Shown here one piece after another: positions 13,001 through 22,120 of a DNA stretch of 64,000 bases. The notes beneath the pieces are model-generated. The model was given only the letters and a program-made list of their open reading frames with translations. It made no database searches and had not been told where the DNA came from. This DNA comes from Monocercomonoides exilis PA203. Its lineage: Eukaryota; Protista; Preaxostyla. Numbering within the stretch: the first letter of the stretch is position 1; each line of letters starts with the position of its first letter. Both the position numbers and the translations under genes were made by a program. The stretch covers positions 62,001-126,000 of the forward strand of contig LSRY02000012.1 in the NCBI GenBank assembly GCA_001643675.2, in the 5' to 3' direction.

Positions 13001-14330
13001 GATGAAGGCGAAGAATCTGATGCTGATGAAATGCCATCTGCAGAAGAGCTTTTTTCGAAATATGATTCTTGTGCAAAAGGAGGAGGAAAGGAGAATTGAG
13101 GAATTGGAAAAAAAGGGTTTGGCCGCAGTTTCCTTTCAAGAAGTGGTGCCTCAAGTGAAGTTTCTTCCAGATCTGTATCATTATATTGATCCAGCGGTGT
13201 TGGCGAAATAATACGTGGAAATTTGGTAAGTTGCTTTGAGGGGTATCTCGGAATTGTTAAAGAAGAGACGCTGAATGGCGCAGAAGATACCAAAAAGTGA
13301 AAAAGATAAGTTGCTATTGGAGGCGTCGGAAAAAATGTAATTCTTGCAGTAGGAAGATAATATTCAGTTAATGATGCTGAAGAAAATTGTATTTGGGGGT
13401 AAGTGATATTCTGTATCTGCCATCCAAGTGGAATTGGTATTGGCTTAACCCATTTTGGTCGTCTGCCAATGCTCGTTTCTAAATAATCAGTGCCAATGTT
13501 AGATATTTGAATGTGACTGCAATTGGCATTGCTATGCGTTGTATTCAAAATGTCTTGAAGATCTGTTTTTTTCACCAATGTTTCTTCCATGCTAATATCA
13601 GGAATACTCTGGTATTTATCATCATTAACAGATTTGATAATCGTGAGGTCAAAAGATGTAGAAAAAGCTTCAACAGCGTTGTCACTTGTCATTGCATGCC
13701 TGAAACATTCAATATAGTCCCATGGCATATTTGAAATAAATGTGTGAAATGTCGTGGGTATTTCAAGATGAAGTCTCAAAGGTATTTTCACCGAAAGACA
13801 ATCAAAACATGGAAAAATTGAACGACAATAATAAGGGCAGCACTGAGTCGTATAAAATAATGGATAAGGATTATCACGATGATTAAGGGAATATTCCGTT
13901 GGAAATGATGAACAAAATATGCCACGCTGAAGTCCATGAATATTTCCAAAGAATTCAATGGTTGCAACAAGTAACTGAGGATCTTTGTGCTTATCGCTTA
14001 ATTCTATCTCTTCTGGTATTGATATTTCCAGTAAATCTTTTTGTTCATAACTTTGAAATATGTGAAAAATAGAATAACTTCATAAATCAGCGTTATAAAT
14101 GCACACATCAAGAAGTTGCATGAAAATTCGGTTGAGCAAGATTCTGCTCCTCGTATTGACACTTTTTGAATCTGTAAATCGTTGCTATTTAAATAAAGTT
14201 TACTTTCCTTTGAATGCTTCAAAAACAACAATTGCAGCTTTCCGAGGAATAATTCTTTCGTGAAAGGAACTGATAAACATAAATCATAGGATAAAGGTTC
14301 AACAATTGTTTCTGAGCATGGATAATTCAT
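7039..14330 (-). CDS. Very large M1-family zinc aminopeptidase (~2410 aa), 2 exons
   Basis: Intron 14051-14106 (GTGTGC..AAG); exon 2 is open from 14050 to 7039. Motifs: TTQCCPYYCRSIFPCFD (the TQFE..AR..FPCFD equivalent), GGMENWG, HELFHSFIGNLVT...VWLNEG (HEXXH-18-E). Confidence 0.88.
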
Positions 14331-14487
14331 TGCATAAAATCGTTTTTTATAAATTATTGATCAATAAATAACCATAGGAATTTATCTTTTCAATTGGGTT
14401 TGCATTTTTCGTTTATTTAGAAAGCAAGTTGTTAATTCACCATGCACAACGTGCGCGCATGCTATTTTATTTTTAACTTACAAAGAA

Positions 14488-15273
14488 ATGTTCCCATTTA
14501 GTCGTAAATCAACATTAGATGAAAAGAACATTCCAACAAAGCCTCTTCCATTTGCTCCAGATGAATCTCCTGGGCTAGAATTAGCTGAACAGTTTGCAGT
14601 TGTAATGCGCATATTTCATTTGTGAGTTTCAAACAAATTATGTTCTCACTTAAATGATAAATAATGAATGTAGTTCAAGAAAGAATCTCAGAAAAATGAC
14701 GCATGTCTATCAAGCTATGGATCATATTGCAGGAAATGTAACAAAAGATTTAGAAAAGCAAGATTCTGTGGCTGAATTTGCACAAGCTATGCAAGATTTT
14801 CGGCAGTCTTCTTTATATCTTTCAGAGATGTGCGAAGAAACAAAAAAGATTCATTTACAGCTTCAAAGGCAATGCCATGAAATGGCAGATTTGGAATATT
14901 GGCTCGATTTATATATTATTTCATCAGAAAAGGAGGTATGCTCGCATTTATCGATCAATTATTCATTGATAATCTTTTTAAGCGTCTTCGTCAGCATAAA
15001 ATAAAAAGAACTCAAGAACTAGAAACACTTAGAACGATGCATTTGTTTGCAAAAGATATATTATTATTAATTATTATTTTGATTTTTATTCGAACAATAT
15101 TTGTTTCGATTATTCGTTGAATTTTGATTAATGAAATTTTATTTATTTGAAGAGCAAAACGAAAAGCTCTAGAGCAAGCACTCCAACAATCAAGATCTGA
15201 TTTAGTTACATTTCCTCAGCAAGAAGACGAGATTGGAGTAGAATATGTGGAAACAGCGGAAACGACACGTTGA
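14488..15273 (+). CDS. Dysbindin-like coiled-coil protein (putative BLOC-1 subunit), 4 exons
   Basis: Introns 14592-14673, 14936-14982 and ~15045-15152 give an open product. KPLPFAPDESPGLELA, KRTQELETLR and AKRKALEQALQQ resemble recalled dysbindin segments (VPFLPKYSAGLELL, KRKELETFK, ERQKFFEEAFQQ). Confidence 0.55.
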
Positions 15274-15580
15274 AAATCATTATATGAATTTTCTAAAAGA
15301 ATATTTAATTTTGATTTTTTTTTTCAATTTATAATTGTTTAAATAATTTTTGAAAAATACTGTAAATTTCTTTTTTCTTTCTTTCTTTTTTTTGAAATGT
15401 GTAAAAAAGCATTTTTTTCACCAAAAACAAGACAATAAAAGAAAGTGTGCATTGTTCACAATAAACAGAACTTTAACTTATAAAATTAACTTATATTCAG
15501 ACGAAAAACAATTGAACTTCACTGCCCATAACAAATTAAAGTTTCATAAAACACAAATATTTTCAATTTAATTTCTGCAA

Positions 15581-16534
15581 ATGTCCGAGCCTGATAAGAT
15601 AATGTTACAAAATTGCGTTGAATTTCTTAAGGAAATATCTTTTATTATTCGAGAAGAGTGGCTTGTGGATTGCATTTTGGACCTTAGAAGAAGAATACCA
15701 GATTTGTCTCAAAATCAACTGAATGAAAAGGTTCTCTCTTCTCTTCTCATTTCAGACATGAAGTCATATGGAGCTCCAGCGTTACCCCCTGGAATCGGAT
15801 CGATAAAAGTTGGAAAACTTGATAAACCAACGATAGTCCAAATTGAAAATATTCAGGATGTATCGCTATCTATAGCTGAAAGACATACAGCCCAGCCTAA
15901 ACCTCAAGCCAAGGCAAAGGCGAAATCAAATGCTCGGGCATTCGTTCCATTTCACAAGCGAACTCTTGTTCTTCTTGTAACAGATGGGGTTCAGGAATGC
16001 TCGTGTCTTGAGTTCACGTTTATACCTGCTTTATCTGAAAAAATTACTCTTGGCAGTAAAATTCTAATAACAAATGCATCTATAAGGCGAGGAATCATTT
16101 TTTTACAGTCATATAATGTGTTTATTCTTGGAGGAAACTGTGAAAGATGCATAGAAGCAAGTCAGAAAGCATCAGAAGCAATAAAAGAGATACTTGGTTT
16201 TCTATACATTATTCACATTTCTTCTGCTTTATGTTGCATTACATTTATTTCAGATACGCACGCGGCAAAGATTGCTCACTTAAGATCAGAATTTGCTGAA
16301 AAACAGAAAAGTCAGTCAACTCCTGCAGCAGGTGCAGGAATCGCACCAATGAGACAAGCCGCAAGCACGAGCCTTGGATTAACATCGCAAACATCTGCGG
16401 ATGGAAGAGAGAGACAAGTGGGGTATGCGATGGTGGAACCAGAAGGAGAGCGTGTCATTACCACAAATGATATTCTAAGTGAGAGCTCAGCGGATGAAAG
16501 CGATGGTTTTGATGACGACGCAGAAGAAGGTTGA
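15581..16534 (+). CDS. RMI1: RMI1-like protein (RMI1/TDRD3 N-terminal OB fold)
   Basis: KRTLVLLVTDGVQECSCLEF..IPALS..LGSKILI..IRRGIIFLQSYNVFILGG is the RMI1_N OB-fold signature. Probable in-frame intron ~16197-16253. May continue through a further intron to ~16673. Confidence 0.7.
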   Translation: MSEPDKIMLQNCVEFLKEISFIIREEWLVDCILDLRRRIPDLSQNQLNEKVLSSLLISDMKSYGAPALPPGIGSIKVGKLDKPTIVQIENIQDVSLSIAERHTAQPKPQAKAKAKSNARAFVPFHKRTLVLLVTDGVQECSCLEFTFIPALSEKITLGSKILITNASIRRGIIFLQSYNVFILGGNCERCIEASQKASEAIKEILGFLYIIHISSALCCITFISDTHAAKIAHLRSEFAEKQKSQSTPAAGAGIAPMRQAASTSLGLTSQTSADGRERQVGYAMVEPEGERVITTNDILSESSADESDGFDDDAEEG

Positions 16535-16760
16535 ACAATCAGCATGAAAAGCCAAAGTTTAAAATTTTTGATTCAAAGATTTCCTGAGATCTGCGCATCG
16601 AGCGATCGATTCTCAAAAGAACAAAATGGAACTGGTTCGAGAAAGTTCATTTTTCACATCGTTTCCATTTTAGCACATCAAACAAAAAATAAACAAAAAT
16701 GTGAATTGAAGATGAAATGATGGTTATTGAAGAATAAATAATTATCACAAATAACTTCAT

Positions 16761-19700
16761 TCAAACTGGAATACCTGAAGGCTGAGGGAAAACCAAAAAT
16801 GTCAGTGCTTTTGCTTTGTTGATGGTGTTGTGGGCAAGAATGGCATAACGACGAGTGCGAAAGACGACAATGAAATAGGATGAAAGTGGATATTCTGTTT
16901 TGAATGGATTTTCTGAAGACGAACAAGAAGAGCAGGAGGAAGATGATGTTGAAGAAGAAGAAGAAGATGAGGATGAGGATGAGGATGAGGATGAGGATGA
17001 GGAAGCTTCCTGTGTATCGTTTGCTATTCCATGGCGAGCCTCTTCTTTCCTTCTGAGCTCGACGAGATATTCGAGCTCTTCCTCGTTGAGAACAGGGCGA
17101 ATTGACATCTGTCTGCTGAATGGAAGGAGATAGTCAGCGACGGCAGAGACAGTAGGCGCTGAGTGAGCGAGCGGACTTGTGGAAGAAAAGAATGTGGAAG
17201 AGCAGACAAACACGAGTGCTTTGTCTGCATCGAACGAGAGGGAAGAGAGCGGAACGTGAGAAGACATTGTGGAGGGGATCCATGCCAAAGAGAGGAGAGA
17301 GTGAGGGATGTGTGGGCGGTGGGCAGGCACCACAGGCTGCAAATAGTTTGTGTAGAGACGAGATGTCTGTGTGTCTGACGAGGCAGACGCTGAAGATGAT
17401 GATGGCACAGACGAAGGCGAAGACGACGACGAAGAAGAAGAGCCCCATGCCTTTTGATAGGACGAGGAAGAGGACGAAGGAGATGGCGAAGACTCGATTG
17501 ACTCGAGTGGATTGAACGACACCTCCAAGCAGTCTTCAGCAGTCGATGCCTCGCCTCTTTCAATTGGTGCATCGCAAAAGAGTCCAAAGTGGAAGCACAG
17601 CTCTCCAATCGTCATGCGCTTCTCTCGCGGCAGTGGCGGGGTGAGCAGTGTGGTTGCTGACTGCACCTTCCATTGTGATGGCGGGGCAGCTGCAGGAGAG
17701 CTCGAGCAAAAAGGCGACAAAGCAGCAAGGGCTTCGTTCATGCCCATTCGAGAATCACCCAACGATGTGCCCAACGGATACTCAGACAGCCATTTGTGGC
17801 TGTGTGGCTCTGCATCAATCTCAGAGGAGGAGGAGGAGGAGGAAGAAGGATGAGTCTTTTTCCAGATGGGTGATGCTCTGACTAAGAGAGAAAGGATAGC
17901 CTCCACACTCTGAACGAATGGAAGCTGTTGCTTTGCAATTTTCATGGCAGTTGAGGAGAACAGCCGAGACGGGTCAAACGACTCTGTCCCAGGAAGTGTG
18001 GTGGAGAACTCGTCCCACGCAGAAGGAGAGCAGCGAGGGTCTGTCTGATGAGGCGGCACTTTCCTCTTCAAGTCGTCCATCGCCTTCGCAATGGCTGCTG
18101 TTTCGAGCGGAGAGGCGGGGATGTCTATGGAAGTGTTCATTGCGAGTGCTGTCTGGAGGGTTCGGAAGACTTTGTTGCAGTTGTTGTCACACTCAATGCA
18201 CCGCCAGCGATTGAGCGGCTCTTTCAAACACGTTCCACACGGCTGCATCTCCTCTCTGACACCACAGGAACATCTGACAACAACAGACGCCTCGCAAGGC
18301 GCACCAACTGGACAAGCAGAAGGGAAATGGCACTGTTTCTGACACGGATGGCCACACAGACTGCGAGGCAGTTCACATTTCGAAGAGCAATGCTGGCAAA
18401 TCTCTGAATCTGCACTTGTTGCTTTGCCTTTGTTTTTCTTTTTGTTCTTTTTGGAAGCAGGAGGAGGAGAATTTGACGAAGATGGCATCTCTTTCTCCTT
18501 TTCCTTCTCTTTCTCTTTCTCTTTTGTTTTAGCTTTCTCTTTTGCTCTCTTCTCTTCTTCTTTGTCGATAGGGTCACAGAATCCTTCGTGACACACTCGT
18601 TTGCATATGTGAATTCCACACCGCTTCTGTTTCCCGCACATCTGCCCACATGACACAGGCTTCCCGCAGATGGCGTCGTGGATGAGGAGATGCCCACCAG
18701 AACACATCTTGTCGACGCGGTGTGTGCAGGGCGGGCAGGGCGTGACGGCTGGATCGTGGCACTTGTGGTCAGAGGGATGGCCGCATGGGCGAGGAATGGA
18801 GCATGGGAACTGGCACTGCGGAAGGGGTGTGCCACATGCAATGGGCGGATGGCGCTTTGTGCGGCCACAATAACACCTCCACTCTTCGTTCGAAACATAC
18901 GTGCATTTCGGTGGGCAAGGGCCGCTGTGGCAGAGGAGTGGACATTTGTGCTTCTTGCAGGGCATCATCTTTGTGCATGGGCGTCTGCACTCGTGAATGT
19001 TGGAGGAGGATGCAGATGAAGATGCAGAAGAAGAAGATGATGATGTTGTTGTTGTTGTTGTTGATGATGAAGCAGAAGCAGAAGCAGAAGAATCCCCAGG
19101 ACAACAAACAATTTCACATCGATGTTTTCCACAGCTCAGCTTTTGACGACAAGGTGTGTTGCAGCAGAATGCAACAGGAAGTTGAGCTGGATCTAATGTT
19201 GAAAGGAAATCATTAAGCTCGTCTTGGAAAAAGCGAACCATAAAAGGAGAGACAGAAGCAGCTGAAGAAGAAGAAGATGATGATGATGGCGACTCCTCTG
19301 AATCTGCAAAGCACTCTTCGAGAGTGAGGCTTCGTTGCGTCATCAGCTTCCGAACAGCACCAGACACCGTTGCCTGTCTCACCATCTCTTTTGAGACGTC
19401 TGGCAACTCAATGTGGATTTCACTGCTGTTCTTTTGCAGCTCCTCAAACACCTTTTGGAGAGCACAGCAGCGCATCACTCGGACCTCCTTGTGGCATCTG
19501 CAGGTGACTGCGATGAACTCTTCACAGGGGCCACACTCATAATTGGCATGTGAAACAGATGTGTTCTGCTCTGTCGCAGAAGAGCCTGCATCTGAAGAAG
19601 AATCCGACTCCTTTTTGGCAGCAAGTCCGATGGATGGGTCGCGTGTTTGATGGCATATTCTGCTGCATCGATGCCCACACGCAGGAATTTGCTTGGTGCA

Positions 19701-21146
19701 TCTCCCGCCGCAGGAGAAAAGAGGATCGAGGCAGGATGTACGATGCTTCTGGGGGTGTTCTGTGCCTGCCTCTTTCTCTTTTGCTTCGATGTCGGCTGCA
19801 CGGCGCATCCCACAGGCACATCTGGTCACAGCAGCTGGATCGAGTGGGCATCCAGCACAACTCCCTTCATGACACACACTCTGGCAAACATGATTTCCGC
19901 ATGAAAGCAGCTTTCCGCATATTGCTCCACAGCTGAAAAACCCTTCGTTTTCATCTTCGTCTTCTTCTTCTTCTTCTTCTTCAATCTCATCTTCTGCTTC
20001 TTCGTCAGATGCTCGATCTTTGTTGCTGACCTTTTTGCTTCTGTATTTTTCTCGAAATCCGCACGGAAATGTTCGCTTTGTCTGCTTTCCACAGTAGCAC
20101 TTGGCTGTCTCTTTCACAGCGCAAGGTTCGCATGGGCCTGAATGGCAGATCTTTGTGCAGCGATGTCTTCCACAATTCAGCAAGCGATTGCATACACCTC
20201 CACAAGAAAAGCCATTCCTGTCTGCTCCGCATCGCCGTTGCTGCAGAGTTTGTCCGCAGAAGCAACGACGTGGTGGCCCAAGCGCGGAACATGGAGGACA
20301 ACGGCCAGGATGGCAAAGGAGCGTGCAAGAATGAGGACACTCACAAAAATCAGGAGCGGAGCTTGTTGATGATGACGATGAACTACGATGTTTAGCATTT
20401 GGAGGAGGCGTGGTTTCGAATCTGTTGGCTAAAGGTTTTCCACAAACTTTTCCGCAAGAATGTGGAACAAGAGAAGAAGAAGGGTCTGGATTTTGTGTTT
20501 GACCGCAAAAACAAAAATAAGGAAAGGGCTTATGGGGATCATACGGATGTGCGCTATTGCAAAAGGGGCATCGGAAAAACGCAGCAAACTTTGCAGACTG
20601 ATGAGTTTGAGTAAATCCAAAATACAACTCGGAAAATGAAAGGAGTCTATGAGCCGTAGAAGCAGATTCCAAATCTTCCTGATAAGAACGTTCTGTTGCT
20701 TTTTGTTTTTGTGAGTTATATTCGGTATCGATCCATTGCTTCATGCAATCAAGGTGAAAAAGTCGAAAGCACACTGGACAACTCCAAATTTCATCTGTTC
20801 GTTCGACAACACTTTGGCAAATAACGCATTCATAAGCTCCTTTGTTTAATTGATCTTCCACAATTTCTCGTTGAGAAAGGTCTTCAGAGAGACTTTCTTT
20901 TTGTTCTTTCAATGGTAAGCTTGAAATACTTCGCTGTATTTGTGGTTCAATTTCTGCATCCTTTTTTTCAATTAATTTACTATTCTCTTCGTTGGATTTT
21001 GCATCCGAATTGAGATCAATTTGATGAGAAGGCTTGTATGAAAATTTTGAATTTGATTTTGTGAAATTCTGAGTGGCATTACTATCCTTCTCTCGACTAG
21101 AATTTAAGTTTGGTTTATATGAAAATGCAGAATGATTGAAGGACAT
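16761..21146 (-). CDS. NFX1: NF-X1-type zinc finger protein (NFX1/FAP1-like RING plus repeated NFX1 fingers)
   Basis: YECVIC..IWSCPVCFRLFHLDCMKQW..RCPFC RING, then YFCFCG..P..PHSCGKVCGK and many CGxHxCxxxCHxGxCxPC repeats; possible degenerate R3H near the C-terminus. Confidence 0.9.
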   Translation of the reverse strand: MSFNHSAFSYKPNLNSSREKDSNATQNFTKSNSKFSYKPSHQIDLNSDAKSNEENSKLIEKKDAEIEPQIQRSISSLPLKEQKESLSEDLSQREIVEDQLNKGAYECVICQSVVERTDEIWSCPVCFRLFHLDCMKQWIDTEYNSQKQKATERSYQEDLESASTAHRLLSFSELYFGFTQTHQSAKFAAFFRCPFCNSAHPYDPHKPFPYFCFCGQTQNPDPSSSLVPHSCGKVCGKPLANRFETTPPPNAKHRSSSSSSTSSAPDFCECPHSCTLLCHPGRCPPCSALGPPRRCFCGQTLQQRRCGADRNGFSCGGVCNRLLNCGRHRCTKICHSGPCEPCAVKETAKCYCGKQTKRTFPCGFREKYRSKKVSNKDRASDEEAEDEIEEEEEEEDEDENEGFFSCGAICGKLLSCGNHVCQSVCHEGSCAGCPLDPAAVTRCACGMRRAADIEAKEKEAGTEHPQKHRTSCLDPLFSCGGRCTKQIPACGHRCSRICHQTRDPSIGLAAKKESDSSSDAGSSATEQNTSVSHANYECGPCEEFIAVTCRCHKEVRVMRCCALQKVFEELQKNSSEIHIELPDVSKEMVRQATVSGAVRKLMTQRSLTLEECFADSEESPSSSSSSSSAASVSPFMVRFFQDELNDFLSTLDPAQLPVAFCCNTPCRQKLSCGKHRCEIVCCPGDSSASASASSSTTTTTTSSSSSSASSSASSSNIHECRRPCTKMMPCKKHKCPLLCHSGPCPPKCTYVSNEEWRCYCGRTKRHPPIACGTPLPQCQFPCSIPRPCGHPSDHKCHDPAVTPCPPCTHRVDKMCSGGHLLIHDAICGKPVSCGQMCGKQKRCGIHICKRVCHEGFCDPIDKEEEKRAKEKAKTKEKEKEKEKEKEMPSSSNSPPPASKKNKKKNKGKATSADSEICQHCSSKCELPRSLCGHPCQKQCHFPSACPVGAPCEASVVVRCSCGVREEMQPCGTCLKEPLNRWRCIECDNNCNKVFRTLQTALAMNTSIDIPASPLETAAIAKAMDDLKRKVPPHQTDPRCSPSAWDEFSTTLPGTESFDPSRLFSSTAMKIAKQQLPFVQSVEAILSLLVRASPIWKKTHPSSSSSSSSEIDAEPHSHKWLSEYPLGTSLGDSRMGMNEALAALSPFCSSSPAAAPPSQWKVQSATTLLTPPLPREKRMTIGELCFHFGLFCDAPIERGEASTAEDCLEVSFNPLESIESSPSPSSSSSSYQKAWGSSSSSSSSPSSVPSSSSASASSDTQTSRLYTNYLQPVVPAHRPHIPHSLLSLAWIPSTMSSHVPLSSLSFDADKALVFVCSSTFFSSTSPLAHSAPTVSAVADYLLPFSRQMSIRPVLNEEELEYLVELRRKEEARHGIANDTQEASSSSSSSSSSSSSSSSSSTSSSSCSSCSSSENPFKTEYPLSSYFIVVFRTRRYAILAHNTINKAKALTFLVFPQPSGIPV

Positions 21147-22120
21147 GATTGAAGCTCACTCCTTATGAAGAAATAAAAACGAATATTGATCTTCCCTAAA
21201 TAAAATTTATATGAACAATATCATTCAATTGAATCAAATGTTGTTTATTTTTCAATATATAATAATTCTCAACATGAATGAGAACAGTTATTGTTTTATA
21301 GAAATTTTGAAATCAAAAATTTTGTTATGGCTAGGAAAAATGGAAAAAGAACTGAAATGAAGTTCATTTAAAACTTCATATTTTTGCATTTTATCAAATC
21401 AAAATGAAAAGAAATGAATTTATTGAAAATTTTATCTTTTTGAAAATATTTGAAAGACGAATGCACAATATTAAAAATGCGTTAGATGCTTCTCAGAAGA
21501 CAGCGAGTCAATATTGTTGCAAGTTGCGAATACTTTAATAGTTTACTGCATTTGTTTTCTCAATGCACTTTATTTATCTTTCATTTTAAGGAGGAAATAA
21601 GCGTTATTTCACTTAAAAATCTTCAATTATACTGTGAACTTTTTCCATTCGAAAAACATTGAAATGAAAGATGCTTTAAATGTAGATTTTTGGTTCATAA
21701 AATTTCCTCTTATGGATTTATTCAACAATGATAAAAATATCGTATTTAGAAATGATTGAAATTGCTTCTTGTTGAATCACTCATTAAAATAATGAAAATG
21801 AAAATTATTTTTAAAAAGTCACAAAGTAATGTAATCAGAAGGAATGATATTTTCGATCAACTTTGATAATTTTTTGAGTTATCTCAATTCAATAAAGGAC
21901 AAATAAATAATTATCAAGAAGAAATGTGAAAATATTTTTTTTGCTTTGTGAATTTTGTTCCATTCTGCTCTTACAGATATTTTTCTCAATTTTGAATATT
22001 TTCATGTTTTATTGACATGAGAATGAAAGATTTCTCATGACAAGGTTATGGGAAAAGTTTGGTCCAAATCGTTGTTTTTTTCATAAATACAATTATTTTG
22101 CCCCAAATGCATTTAATATA

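Noticed and set aside
21150-22110. Possible gene remnant or TIR fragment upstream of the transposon
   Set aside because: Only short AT-rich frames and a weak motif similarity; unsupported.
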